This document shows, piece by piece, positions 1-9,333 of a stretch of DNA of 64,000 nt (the first letter of the stretch is position 1; each line of letters opens with the position of its first letter). The position numbers were made by a program, and so were the translations under genes. The DNA is from Bacteriovoracaceae bacterium (GTDB lineage Bacteria; Bdellovibrionota; Bacteriovoracia; Bacteriovoracales; Bacteriovoracaceae). The stretch is from contig JBMOGR010000014.1 of NCBI GenBank assembly GCA_049318265.1, positions 1 through 64,000 of the forward strand, read 5' to 3'. The notes below the pieces were generated by a model. That model was not told the origin of the DNA. It was given only the letters and a program-made list of their open reading frames with translations, and made no database searches.

Positions 1-415
1 CGTCTTTTCTGAAATAGTGTCCATCTTTCACAACTTGAGTGGATTTTTGAAAGAATGAGCAGGAAATGTTTGGACAGCCGTGTTTCATGACTATCTATTT
101 GCAAGTGAAATAGAAAAGATAGAACATTTATCCCCTTGATTACAGAGGGGAAGAAAATATGAATTGATTTAAAATGACATGTAGGCAGGACTAAATCATC
201 CCCATGCTAGTGGGGCAGTTCTGAACCAGTAAGAAGAGATTTCAGAGCCTTAGCACGTAACCCATCAATCGAAATAATTGGCAAAAAAATGGGCGATTAC
301 GAAAGATCGCCTTAAACTCAGGGATTCAGAAGCAGAGAATATTAGAACGAAGAATAACCGCCCGAGGGGCGAATATCTAACATTAAGATTTAATCCAAAT
401 CTCCGATATACATAT

Positions 416-1285
416 ATGAAAGTGCCTTTTTTACTGACTAAATTAGTCTGCGCTGTTCTGCTCATGCTGGCCTTAAGGCCTGAATTTAGTTTTGGCTCAC
501 ATGATAATCTCAAATCTTATCTTGAAGTTTTCAACTCGTACAATGATTCAACAACTCTTAATAATTTTTTATGTACCCAAGGATTCGATCAGGACTGCGA
601 TGTAAAGCCTGTCCAAGATACAAATTTGAATATTTCTGGAGACCCTCTCTTGTTGGTAACTCATGCGACAAAAGTATGGGATAGAGAAGAAAGAGCAAAA
701 GAAGGAATTAGAAAAGTCACAAAATTAGTGATGAAATCTCAAAATGGAAAAGCTGTTTATCTCCATGCAAATATCCCAGAAAAGTACTACTACCATGAAT
801 GCAATCCGGATTTGATTATTGATTCGCCGGTTGGGGATTATAACTTATCAATTGAAGCTACGCACGTTATCTCGGTCGGAGGAAATTTTGAAGCCTGCCA
901 AGCAACTTCGATATCTAGAACCATTTTAAAATGGAAAGAAGATAAATTCAAAAATAAGAACCTGAAAATATCTATTGTGACTGATGCCTCTTATGGGTTT
1001 GGCACATTCCTTAATTCTGATGCCGACTACTATTCTGAAATTAAAAAACTATATAATAAACTTGGAACGAGAAAGATATCATTACAGGACATGTTGACCC
1101 CTATGAGCCAAATTCAAAAGGAAGAGTTTTTGAAAGTTAATGTTCAGGCATTCTTTGGTACAGTTCTGCCGACTGATCGCGCGGTATTCTATAAAATAGG
1201 TGGCAAGAAGATTCCTTTAAACTCAAGCAATGGTCCCCCTTTAGAAATAGACTTTATTGAATCAAAAGATTTAAAACTAATTTGA
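416..1285 (+). CDS. hypothetical secreted protein (the track ORF starts at 278; an internal Met begins a signal-peptide-like segment)
   Basis: The internal Met at 416 is followed by the hydrophobic segment MKVPFLLTKLVCAVLLMLALRP. I recognised no catalytic motif. Confidence 0.4.
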   Translation: MKVPFLLTKLVCAVLLMLALRPEFSFGSHDNLKSYLEVFNSYNDSTTLNNFLCTQGFDQDCDVKPVQDTNLNISGDPLLLVTHATKVWDREERAKEGIRKVTKLVMKSQNGKAVYLHANIPEKYYYHECNPDLIIDSPVGDYNLSIEATHVISVGGNFEACQATSISRTILKWKEDKFKNKNLKISIVTDASYGFGTFLNSDADYYSEIKKLYNKLGTRKISLQDMLTPMSQIQKEEFLKVNVQAFFGTVLPTDRAVFYKIGGKKIPLNSSNGPPLEIDFIESKDLKLI

Positions 1286-1358
1286 TCAACGGTAGCCAAG
1301 TTTTAAAGCTAACAAATTTCGTCCTTTATCATTTTAAGGCCAGGGTGTATAAGGCAGA

Positions 1359-1841
1359 ATGATCCAAAAAAATTACATAAGCCCTCTAGGACACAGTCGA
1401 ATGGTGGACGAATTGCGGCAGCTTAACACTGTTGAAAGGCCCTATGTGACCAATTTAGTAACGGTCGCTGCTGCTAATGGCGACAGGTCGGAAAATGCCG
1501 ATTATTTGTATGGTAAACGTCGATTACGAGAAATCGACCGCCGCATTCGATTCCTTCTTGGACGAATGGACAACATGGAAGTAGTAAACAATGTGGGAAA
1601 AAAATTAACCAAAATTCAATTTGGAGCCACTGTCGTTGTGGAAGATGAAGAGGGATTAGAAAAAAAATTTACTATAGTAGGTGTTGATGAAGTTGATATT
1701 CACAAACACTATATTAGTTGGAAGTCTCCCATAGGCGCTGCTTTATTAGGCAAAGAAATTTCTGATGAAGTGAAAATCCAGACTCCCAAAGGAGTCCAGA
1801 TTTTCACCATTAATGATATTGTCTATAACGAGATTACTTAA
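1359..1841 (+). CDS. greB: transcript cleavage factor GreB (Gre family)
   Basis: 160 aa. The motif [30 protein letters not shown] closely matches the GreB N-terminal coiled-coil signature (E. coli GreB has [26 protein letters not shown]). The C-terminal FKBP-like domain is present (FGATVVV...IVGVDE...[10 protein letters not shown]). Confidence 0.8.
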   Translation: MIQKNYISPLGHSRMVDELRQLNTVERPYVTNLVTVAAANGDRSENADYLYGKRRLREIDRRIRFLLGRMDNMEVVNNVGKKLTKIQFGATVVVEDEEGLEKKFTIVGVDEVDIHKHYISWKSPIGAALLGKEISDEVKIQTPKGVQIFTINDIVYNEIT

Positions 1842-2331
1842 GAGCAGCTAAAGCAGCATCATAATTTGGTTCAGATGCAATTTCTGGAACTTGTTCAGAA
1901 TAAATTACATTGTTGTTCTCATCAAGAACCAAAACACAACGTGAACATAATCCAGCTAGTGGGCCATCAAGAATTTCTAACTTATAGTCTTTGGCAAAAG
2001 AGTTTCTAAAAGTTGAAAGAGTTTCTGCGTTTGAAATTCCCTCCGCTCCACAAAATCTTTTTTGCGCGAATGGAAGATCAGCCGAAATGTTAATGATGAC
2101 AGTATTACTTGCTTTAGCAGCATCAGCATTGAATTTTCTCACTGACATGGCACAAGTAGGAGTATCTACAGAAGGAAAGATGTTAAGAACTTTTCTTTTT
2201 CCAAGAAAGTTTTCAAGCGTTACTTCTGATAGATCATTTTTTGTCAGTTTAAAGTTCGGAGCTTTATCGCCTTTTTTAGGGATATCACCGAAAGTTTTAA
2301 TAACGTTACCTTTTAATGTAATAGAGGCCAT
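1834..2331 (-). CDS. tpx: thiol peroxidase (atypical 2-Cys peroxiredoxin, Tpx)
   Basis: SITLKGN...KAPNFKLT...[22 protein letters not shown]...FCGAEG are Tpx hallmarks. The likely start is the second Met (track ORF 1834..2337). It overlaps the convergent greB by 8 bp. Confidence 0.85.
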   Translation of the reverse strand: MASITLKGNVIKTFGDIPKKGDKAPNFKLTKNDLSEVTLENFLGKRKVLNIFPSVDTPTCAMSVRKFNADAAKASNTVIINISADLPFAQKRFCGAEGISNAETLSTFRNSFAKDYKLEILDGPLAGLCSRCVLVLDENNNVIYSEQVPEIASEPNYDAALAALK

Positions 2332-2358
2332 AAACAATCCTTTGTTTGATGAAAAATA

Positions 2359-2913
2359 TTAGAGACCGAGTAATCCTTTTTGCAAATCTTTATCAGTTGG
2401 TTTTTTACCAAGGTACAATTTTAAAATGGCTTCTTGGTAGTCTGGAACTTCTGTTTGAAACTTCTGCACACCATTTTGAAAAGCAGTTAATTTTTTTCCA
2501 GAGAATTCAAATTTTAAAATATCTGCTTTTTTCATGTCAGAGAAACTAGCAATCATTTGTTCGAATGCTGGCTTGACGGCAGCGCAGTTCGTTTCACAAT
2601 TATTCTCAAAGCTTTCTAAGTATGTTTCTTTGATCTTTTTTTGATCTACTTCACGCAAAAAGTTCATGACAATGATTTTATCTTCAGGTGATTTGGAAAT
2701 AGCTTCACCGTTTGAGTTTTTCTTTTCAAGATAAAGTGCACCAGCATAGGCTTTGATTTTAAAGATGGTTGCTTGGCGAAGGCCAACACCATTTAAAACT
2801 AGATCTTTAGTGCCTAATTTTTGTGTTTCACTAAAATTAATGCCATCAATCTCAGCGGCAAATGAACTGGTAGAAATGAGTACCAGTGCTAATGAAAGTG
2901 TTTTAGTGAGCAT
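2359..2913 (-). CDS. periplasmic chalcone-isomerase-like (Chalcone_3 family) protein
   Basis: Signal peptide MLTKTLSLALVLISTSSFA, and the segment LVLNGVGLRQATIFKIKAYAGALYL matches the conserved GVGLR...vYagALYL core of bacterial chalcone-isomerase-like proteins. Confidence 0.55.
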   Translation of the reverse strand: MLTKTLSLALVLISTSSFAAEIDGINFSETQKLGTKDLVLNGVGLRQATIFKIKAYAGALYLEKKNSNGEAISKSPEDKIIVMNFLREVDQKKIKETYLESFENNCETNCAAVKPAFEQMIASFSDMKKADILKFEFSGKKLTAFQNGVQKFQTEVPDYQEAILKLYLGKKPTDKDLQKGLLGL

Positions 2914-3694
2914 AATAATTCCTTAATAATGTATTCGCTAACTCCTTAGATTCTTTTTTCTTAAGCCCTGCTTCTTTGTGAAGACGCTTGGCCAAAATGT
3001 TGTCTTGGTAACTGGCGAAAAGTTTTCCATCCTTGAGATCTGCTTTTAAACTATCTTTTAATTGGTTACTTAAAAAATTGAAATCTGGAAAGTTGTACAA
3101 ATCTAATTCGGTTAAGAAGTAGTTATTTCCTTCAACTTTAATTTGTGGCAAACGGTCGTCAAAATAAACTGCTTTAGCGGAGATATCACGAATGAATACG
3201 TGGAAGTTCAAATGAGGAAAAGCTTCTTGTATGGCCTTAAAAACTTCAGGATCTTTTTCTCCTGAATCACCAAATAAATAGATTTCATGATTGCTTTGAT
3301 CTAACTGACGAAGTAGCGATGAGACGGCCTTGATCTTAAAATCTTTGGTAGGAACTCTATAAGAAAATTCACCATTGTTACAACGGCGTTGAATCAAAAG
3401 TCCTGCCGGAAATTCACGTTTTGATAACCATTTTTTCTGGTTGGTAACGCATTTAATTGAACCTGAGGTAAATGTAATTTCTATTTTTTCATTCTTATGG
3501 TGTTCTGCGATTTCTCTAAAAACATCCTTCATATGAGGGAAATCTTTGGTCCCGCCGAAATTACTTAGGATCATGGAGAAGACGTTCGATACGTTGGTTT
3601 GTTTAACCGTATCGTCGATGTCAGTGATGATGAGGACCTTCGCTTGTAGGCTTAAGGAAAGTAATAGCCCGACTAAAAATGTCATCTTTTTCAT
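2903..3694 (-). CDS. App1-like phosphatase (DUF2183, HAD-like DxDxT)
   Basis: Signal peptide, then LIITDIDDTVKQT (DxDxT motif), with a downstream LFGDSGEKDPEVF segment typical of the App1/DUF2183 phosphatidate phosphatase family. Confidence 0.6.
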   Translation of the reverse strand: MKKMTFLVGLLLSLSLQAKVLIITDIDDTVKQTNVSNVFSMILSNFGGTKDFPHMKDVFREIAEHHKNEKIEITFTSGSIKCVTNQKKWLSKREFPAGLLIQRRCNNGEFSYRVPTKDFKIKAVSSLLRQLDQSNHEIYLFGDSGEKDPEVFKAIQEAFPHLNFHVFIRDISAKAVYFDDRLPQIKVEGNNYFLTELDLYNFPDFNFLSNQLKDSLKADLKDGKLFASYQDNILAKRLHKEAGLKKKESKELANTLLRNYYAH

Positions 3695-3851
3695 GATTTA
3701 CCTCGTGATTTAGAAAGTTTAGCCGCCCCCCCCATTCTTGTAAAGCTCAAGGGCCCAGCACTCCCTTAATTTCAAGGGTGACCAAACTTTTTACACTAAA
3801 CATTTTTGAACTTTCAACCGATTAGCAGACTGAAGGAGTCGAATAGACCCG

Positions 3852-4289
3852 ATGACAGCAAAGAACTTAAAACCAGAAGATGCCAAAGCTCTGCAGAAGA
3901 CCCAAGAGGTCGAGCCGAATTTTGAGGACATGGAGTTCACTGCTTCAACTGAAGTGCGTGATCTACCACAGGAACTGAAGCAAGCTTCAGCAGGGACAGC
4001 CGCGCCTCAAAATGTCGTACCAATCAATAAACCACAAGTAGCCGCTCATCCTCAACAAGCCCGACCGATGGCTCAAGCTCCCGCTCAACCTCAAGCACCA
4101 TTGCCAAGCAATGTGGTGGAGTTACAAAATAGAATGAAGATGATGGAAATGCAGCAGCAAGCTCAGCTAAAATTAGTCGAGCAAACTGTGACAGAGCTTT
4201 TAATTCAGATTAAACAAAAGTCCCAGTCGATCGACCAGGACGTCATGCGTATTAAGAAAATTTTAGATTCTTTAACCGTCAAAAAATAA
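3852..4289 (+). CDS. hypothetical protein, Q/A/P-rich with a C-terminal coiled coil
   Basis: Low-complexity PQ-rich centre and a heptad-like C-terminus. No recognisable domain. Confidence 0.35.
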   Translation: MTAKNLKPEDAKALQKTQEVEPNFEDMEFTASTEVRDLPQELKQASAGTAAPQNVVPINKPQVAAHPQQARPMAQAPAQPQAPLPSNVVELQNRMKMMEMQQQAQLKLVEQTVTELLIQIKQKSQSIDQDVMRIKKILDSLTVKK

Positions 4290-4292
4290 ATC

Positions 4293-4871
4293 TTACTTAC
4301 AAGATTTAGTAATTCCCGCCACTAACTCTAGTTCAACATTTGGCCAAGTCACACCTTCATGTTTTTCAAAACAAGCTTTCGTCAATGCTTCAAGATTTTC
4401 TTTCATGGAAAATTCTAAAACATCGATTGATCCGTTAAGGGTAAGAAGAGAAACACTTTCATCATATTTAGCAGTGAGAGGAACAACTTTTTTAACACCA
4501 TTCATTTCGAGTTCCATACTTACTTCAGAATCAGTTGCAGAAATAACTTTTCCAGTGATTTTTTTATTCTTCATCATTTTCTTAAAAAAGAATTGGAAAA
4601 TTTTCATGTCTCTGGCTTTATCACCAGTATCAATGGCACTTGGCTCAATAGAGAAACTAGCACTTGAAAGTAATTCAGCGAGTGTTGGATTTTTCTTCGC
4701 GGTAATTTTAAATTTGGTGAATTTTGCTGAGACTCCAACTTTTTTTGGAGTTTTAAATGCTTTCCAAGTAAGGGTTGTACCTTTGGCAAGGTAATCAAAA
4801 GTACAAACAGCTGGAGCAGCTTGGACTGAAGCAGCTAAAAGTAGGGCAGAGATCAACAGGGTAAATTTCAT
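4293..4871 (-). CDS. YceI-like periplasmic polyisoprenoid-binding protein
   Basis: Signal peptide MKFTLLISALLLAASVQA. The sequence has YceI family features (TLTWKAFKT...VSAKFTKFKITA...SIEPSAIDTGDKARDMKI). Confidence 0.65.
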   Translation of the reverse strand: MKFTLLISALLLAASVQAAPAVCTFDYLAKGTTLTWKAFKTPKKVGVSAKFTKFKITAKKNPTLAELLSSASFSIEPSAIDTGDKARDMKIFQFFFKKMMKNKKITGKVISATDSEVSMELEMNGVKKVVPLTAKYDESVSLLTLNGSIDVLEFSMKENLEALTKACFEKHEGVTWPNVELELVAGITKSCK

Positions 4872-4891
4872 AGAAGCTCCTTTTAGATTTT

Positions 4892-5590
4892 TTATTCTAG
4901 TTTAAATGTAGTTTGAATTTTTAAGGTATATTTTTCTTTGCCGCCGGCCACATCTGGTGAAGCCATCTCTGCACTGCCACCACTCATGGCCATACTTTTG
5001 GCAAAAACAGGTTGGGGATAATGGTTACTAATGTTGGCCTCACTGACAGAGAGAATTCCATCAATTTTAGCTCCTAAGCTCATGGCCAGGGCTTCTGCTT
5101 TTTTTTTGGCGTCCAAAGAAGCTTCTTTCAAGCAATCAATTTCCATTCCTTTCATTTTTTCATCAGAGACATATGATTGAAGGGAGCCAATTTCAGTCAC
5201 CGAGTGTTTATTGGCAATCACCATCACATCACCAAGTTTAGCAATTTCAGAGGTTGAAAGTTTTAATCCCATACGAGACTTGTAGCCCTTCGAAACATTT
5301 TTATTATTTTCCCAAACTTTGTGCTCATAGACCGAATACTCAGTTGTTTCCAAATCAAAATCTTTTAAGTTCATTTTTTCTAAAGCTGTTTTTAAAGCAG
5401 CGTATGTTTCACTCGTTTGGCTATTGGCCACTTTGACATTTTTATCTACGTTTTCCACCGTCATGATTAAGCTTCCGCGATCGCTCGTGATGTAATGGGA
5501 ACATTCTCCGCTCACGGTGACTGTTTTTTCTGTGGCGTAAGCTGTGGAGAGGGCCAATAGAAGTAAGAGCGAAAGGGTTAAGTAATTCAT
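4892..5590 (-). CDS. SIMPL-domain (DUF541) periplasmic protein
   Basis: Signal peptide. The length, composition and C-terminal KYTLKIQTTFKLE resemble 26-kDa periplasmic immunogenic protein / SIMPL family members. Confidence 0.55.
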   Translation of the reverse strand: MNYLTLSLLLLLALSTAYATEKTVTVSGECSHYITSDRGSLIMTVENVDKNVKVANSQTSETYAALKTALEKMNLKDFDLETTEYSVYEHKVWENNKNVSKGYKSRMGLKLSTSEIAKLGDVMVIANKHSVTEIGSLQSYVSDEKMKGMEIDCLKEASLDAKKKAEALAMSLGAKIDGILSVSEANISNHYPQPVFAKSMAMSGGSAEMASPDVAGGKEKYTLKIQTTFKLE

Positions 5591-5880
5591 TGAGACAATT
5601 CCTTAGTTAGTATGATTGGCCATATTTGTTGGCAGTGACTTTAGTTTCCTTAACTAGAAGTGGGCCTCTTTTTTAATTACTTTGCTTCTAGTGAAGTTAC
5701 TTGTTTCAAAACCTGTTCAGCCAAAAAATAGTAAAGAGTGAAGGGCGTATTGCCAAGGGCCAATCAGCCAAAGGCATTTGAGCACTTTAGTCGGAAAAGA
5801 AGCGCTTTAATTTTTCTCAAGCAAAGACCGATAGAATGATGAAGATGAAAAATGCGAAACTTAACCATTCACAGTACAGT

Positions 5881-8800
5881 ATGAAGCGAACAGTAGTTTG
5901 CTTGCAGTTATTGATGCTGGTTGTTTTGCTCAGTGCTTGTTCTGCGAAACAAGGAACAACTGATGCCTCAATAAAAATTTTTCGTGGTACAGCTCAAATG
6001 TCAGTGAACTATGCTACTGGTGGTTTAGTGCTTTTTGGCGCCAATGATCGTGGTGACCATTTTTCACGTGTGGTTAATCCTAATAATGGAACGATCGAAC
6101 TTAATCTTCGTAATGGAACATGGGTTTTTAATTCATTAGCTTGGGATCATGCTAATTTCAACTTTGAGGGGGCCATCCGCTGTGCCATCTCTCAACCTCA
6201 GCAATTAACCGGTGGTAACATCGATTTAAATTTAAATTTAACCAATACCAATTGCAACAACTCGCCATTTAAGGGACCTTCTAGCATGAATGGTTCGACA
6301 ACAAAAAGTTTTGCTAATTTTTTCCCTGTGAATTGTCAGACAGCTGCATTAGGAGCAAAAGGTCTTTCCAATACTAGTGCAAAAGCGGTTTGTTCTGATT
6401 CTCAGACAACCAATGCCAGAGGACACTTAGGCTCTTACAAAGTAGTGGTTGATTCTTATGATTTTATTAATGGTGTGAAAAATTATGTTGGTGGAACGCT
6501 CACTTCAAAATGTCTTTTCGTCGATCCAAGTGGATCGAAAACAACCGGAGTCGCCAACAAAAGTACAGCAAGTTCAACAATAGATCTTAATATTCCTCCA
6601 GGTAATGGAAGCATTGCTCTTCCTTTTAAAATTGTTGGCTACTATGGCAATGAAAACTGTGATGCTACAGCTGGTACAGAGAGAGGAACAAAAGTTTTTA
6701 GTTTTCCTCGTGGTTTTGCCGCCGGGGAACATTCTGCTGAATACAATACCTCACTCAACGGAACAATCAACGAACAGCTTGTTTTCTTAAAAACCTCTGA
6801 TATTGAGGTTTGTTCGGGTACTGAACGATTGACAGCGGCCCCATTTGCAGCTGGCTCGGGCACTAAAATTCATCCAAATGTAATTTGTACACCTTCGCAA
6901 TTTAACAATATTTCGAGCACCCACCTTAGTGATAGTTTTCGTTTGGCCAAGGATCTAGACTTTCAAAATGGAAGCTTTGAGCCCATTGGTGGAACCCTAG
7001 CAGTTCATGCTACTTCTCCAGCCGCTTTGACGGGACATTTTTATGGCAATAACCATACTATTTCCAATATCACTCATAAAATAGCCACTGGGCACAGTAT
7101 ATACGGTCTCATTCGAAAAGTTGGTTCCTCCGTTATCGTCAATAATCTAACTTTGAATAATGTACGCTTTATCGGAGATCAAGCTTCAGCAGACTTTGTT
7201 GGTACTTTGATTGGTAAGCTCTCAGCTACATCCATCAGTGTCATTGAAAATATTTTTATTATAGACTCTGAAGCTCGTGGAAAAGATAATGTCGGATTAG
7301 TTGCTGGTTATATTACAGGAGCACAAATCGTTAATGTCCACGCTACAGGTTCAGCCAATGGTGTTAGTAATGTTGGTGGGCTCATAGGACAAATTAGTAG
7401 TACTCCAAATTCATCTATTGACACTGCTAGCTTCCAAGGAAAGGTCAATGCTCAAAACACAGATGCCGGTGGTATTTTAGGTGTCGCCAATTCATCTGTG
7501 TCCATGACGAAAATGCGATCGGCGGGAACCGTTACAGGAAACCGATCAGTGGGGGGATTAGTTGGGCATTTAAATTTGGCAGGAAGTGCCATCACCCTTT
7601 CATATTCATTAGCTTCTGTTAAAGGGCTCGCTTCTACGGGGACCTATGTCGGAGGTCTGGTTGGTCAATCGATCGCTTCAACTTCAGTCACTAGTAGTTT
7701 TCAAACACAAGGAACTCTATCAGCTAAAGATGGTAACCAAGGTGGTATCTTTGGTTTTGCTAATAGTTCATCATGCTCAAATAGTTATTATACCGGTCGT
7801 GACAATAGCCAGGCCAACTCTTGTTTCCAAAAGACACTGCCTCAACTTCGTATCAATTCCAATCTCTCCGGAGGTATCGGGCTTATTGCTAATTCGCTTC
7901 CTTCAAATAACGATTGGTTTAACGCTAACAACAATTATGATTACCCTCAACTCATGTGGGAGAAAGAATATGAAAATAAAAAACTTCCTCACCTAAAACG
8001 TCAGTGTTCTGGTTTATTTGCCACTCAATCAGGATCAGGAACGTCGACTTCGCCTAAATCAATTTGTAATTCAGCCCAATTTGTAGCGATGACAGGAAAT
8101 AATTTTTATATTTTAAAAGGCGACATTGATCTTGATGATCAACCGAGCTTTTCTGCCACTAAAATAACCGGTCCCTTTAATTTAGATGGAGACGGACATC
8201 TTGTCACAAACATGAAAACTTCCGTATCAACATGCTCTGCTACCATGGGATATATTCAAAGTGTTGGTACGAGTAACTACCTGAAAAACGTCAGTTTTAT
8301 TTCACCCTCCTATTCAGTTAGTGGTACCTGTGATGCTGCTGTGGCGTTAGGGACAGTGGTCGGTTCAAATCAGGGGACCATTGATAATGTATTGGCCGAT
8401 GGAATTTCTTTGTCGATGACAGCGAGTATGAGTTTAGGGGCAATGACCTTCTCACAAAAAATTGGTGGATTGGTTGGAATAAATAGTGGATCAGGATCAA
8501 TCATTAAAAACTCCCGAGCTTTCGGAGAATTGAAACTGGCTTCATCGATTAGTTCTGCAATTGATGACACTATCTATTTGGGAGGACTAGCTGCATATAA
8601 TGGAACGGGAGCTATCATTGAAAAATCAATCAGCGGCGTTCATCAAAATCGCGAAGGTACGTCTGGTTATCATGGAAGTACATTAGTAGGTGGTATCGCT
8701 GCTAAAAATGAAGGCACCATTCGTGAAGTTAAAAGCATGGGGAGTTTTAATTTAGTTCCAAACTCTGGAACTCCATCAACCTATTATATTGGTGGAATAA

Positions 8801-9333
8801 CTGGCTATAATTCTGGAACGGTCAGTGACGTCTTCGTAAGCTCTAATTTCCAGATGAACAGTTCATCTAGTAATCCATCAAAAGTCGGTGGACTGGTTGG
8901 ACACAATGCCATTGGTGGAAGTATTAAGCGCGGAATCTATCAGCAGATGGGTGCTAACACTAACAGCTTTTTTAGTACAACTAACAAAGGAGCGATTCTT
9001 GGATCTCATGATAACAATGCATCTGACAACTATGAAGATCTCTATTGCGCTGAGTTTTCTTCTTCAGGTAACCACTTCAGTACAACAACAGGTTTGTCGG
9101 GGGTCACCAATGGAACAATATCCAATGTGGTTTCCTCATGCCATACCACAACGGTAACCAAAACTGCTTCAAATGGAGCCGCTACTTTTACTGATGGTAC
9201 AACATCATTCACCACCAGCGCTAACTGGCCTATTGAGGACAATTACGATGATGCTATCTATTACCAACGTAAATGGTTCTATCCTTCAGGAGATCCGGAA
9301 TTCTTAAAAATGACTTCTTTGGATAAATTTTAA
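5881..9333 (+). CDS. giant GLUG-repeat surface lipoprotein
   Basis: Lipobox VVLLSAC after the Met at 5881 (track ORF 5836..9333). There are at least 8 repeats of the GLUG motif (VGGLVGHLN, VGGLVGQS, IGGLVGINSG, LGGLAAYNG, VGGIAAKNEG, IGGITGYNSG, VGGLVGHNA, AGGILGVAN) separated by Ser/Thr/Asn-rich spacers. Confidence 0.8.
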   Translation: MKRTVVCLQLLMLVVLLSACSAKQGTTDASIKIFRGTAQMSVNYATGGLVLFGANDRGDHFSRVVNPNNGTIELNLRNGTWVFNSLAWDHANFNFEGAIRCAISQPQQLTGGNIDLNLNLTNTNCNNSPFKGPSSMNGSTTKSFANFFPVNCQTAALGAKGLSNTSAKAVCSDSQTTNARGHLGSYKVVVDSYDFINGVKNYVGGTLTSKCLFVDPSGSKTTGVANKSTASSTIDLNIPPGNGSIALPFKIVGYYGNENCDATAGTERGTKVFSFPRGFAAGEHSAEYNTSLNGTINEQLVFLKTSDIEVCSGTERLTAAPFAAGSGTKIHPNVICTPSQFNNISSTHLSDSFRLAKDLDFQNGSFEPIGGTLAVHATSPAALTGHFYGNNHTISNITHKIATGHSIYGLIRKVGSSVIVNNLTLNNVRFIGDQASADFVGTLIGKLSATSISVIENIFIIDSEARGKDNVGLVAGYITGAQIVNVHATGSANGVSNVGGLIGQISSTPNSSIDTASFQGKVNAQNTDAGGILGVANSSVSMTKMRSAGTVTGNRSVGGLVGHLNLAGSAITLSYSLASVKGLASTGTYVGGLVGQSIASTSVTSSFQTQGTLSAKDGNQGGIFGFANSSSCSNSYYTGRDNSQANSCFQKTLPQLRINSNLSGGIGLIANSLPSNNDWFNANNNYDYPQLMWEKEYENKKLPHLKRQCSGLFATQSGSGTSTSPKSICNSAQFVAMTGNNFYILKGDIDLDDQPSFSATKITGPFNLDGDGHLVTNMKTSVSTCSATMGYIQSVGTSNYLKNVSFISPSYSVSGTCDAAVALGTVVGSNQGTIDNVLADGISLSMTASMSLGAMTFSQKIGGLVGINSGSGSIIKNSRAFGELKLASSISSAIDDTIYLGGLAAYNGTGAIIEKSISGVHQNREGTSGYHGSTLVGGIAAKNEGTIREVKSMGSFNLVPNSGTPSTYYIGGITGYNSGTVSDVFVSSNFQMNSSSSNPSKVGGLVGHNAIGGSIKRGIYQQMGANTNSFFSTTNKGAILGSHDNNASDNYEDLYCAEFSSSGNHFSTTTGLSGVTNGTISNVVSSCHTTTVTKTASNGAATFTDGTTSFTTSANWPIEDNYDDAIYYQRKWFYPSGDPEFLKMTSLDKF

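Noticed and set aside
1991-2362. A 123-aa plus-strand ORF antisense to tpx. Similar antisense or embedded ORFs occur at 265..513, 4405..4794, 4604..4798, 6605..6863, 13950..14234, 28037..28303, 35492..35695, 42063..42469, 51417..51727 and elsewhere.
   Set aside because: Each is fully contained within a longer, motif-supported gene on the opposite strand or in another frame. None has a signal or domain of its own. They are treated as frame shadows.
4287-4308. Hairpin aaatctt-acttac-aagattt at the junction of the convergent 3852 and 4293 genes, as a bidirectional terminator.
   Set aside because: It overlaps both stop codons and has no U-tract on either side, so support is weak. It is not listed as a feature.
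7549-7556. G6 run inside the GLUG lipoprotein gene as a phase-variation switch.
   Set aside because: Only six G, which is below the usual length for frequent slippage. It is noted but not called.
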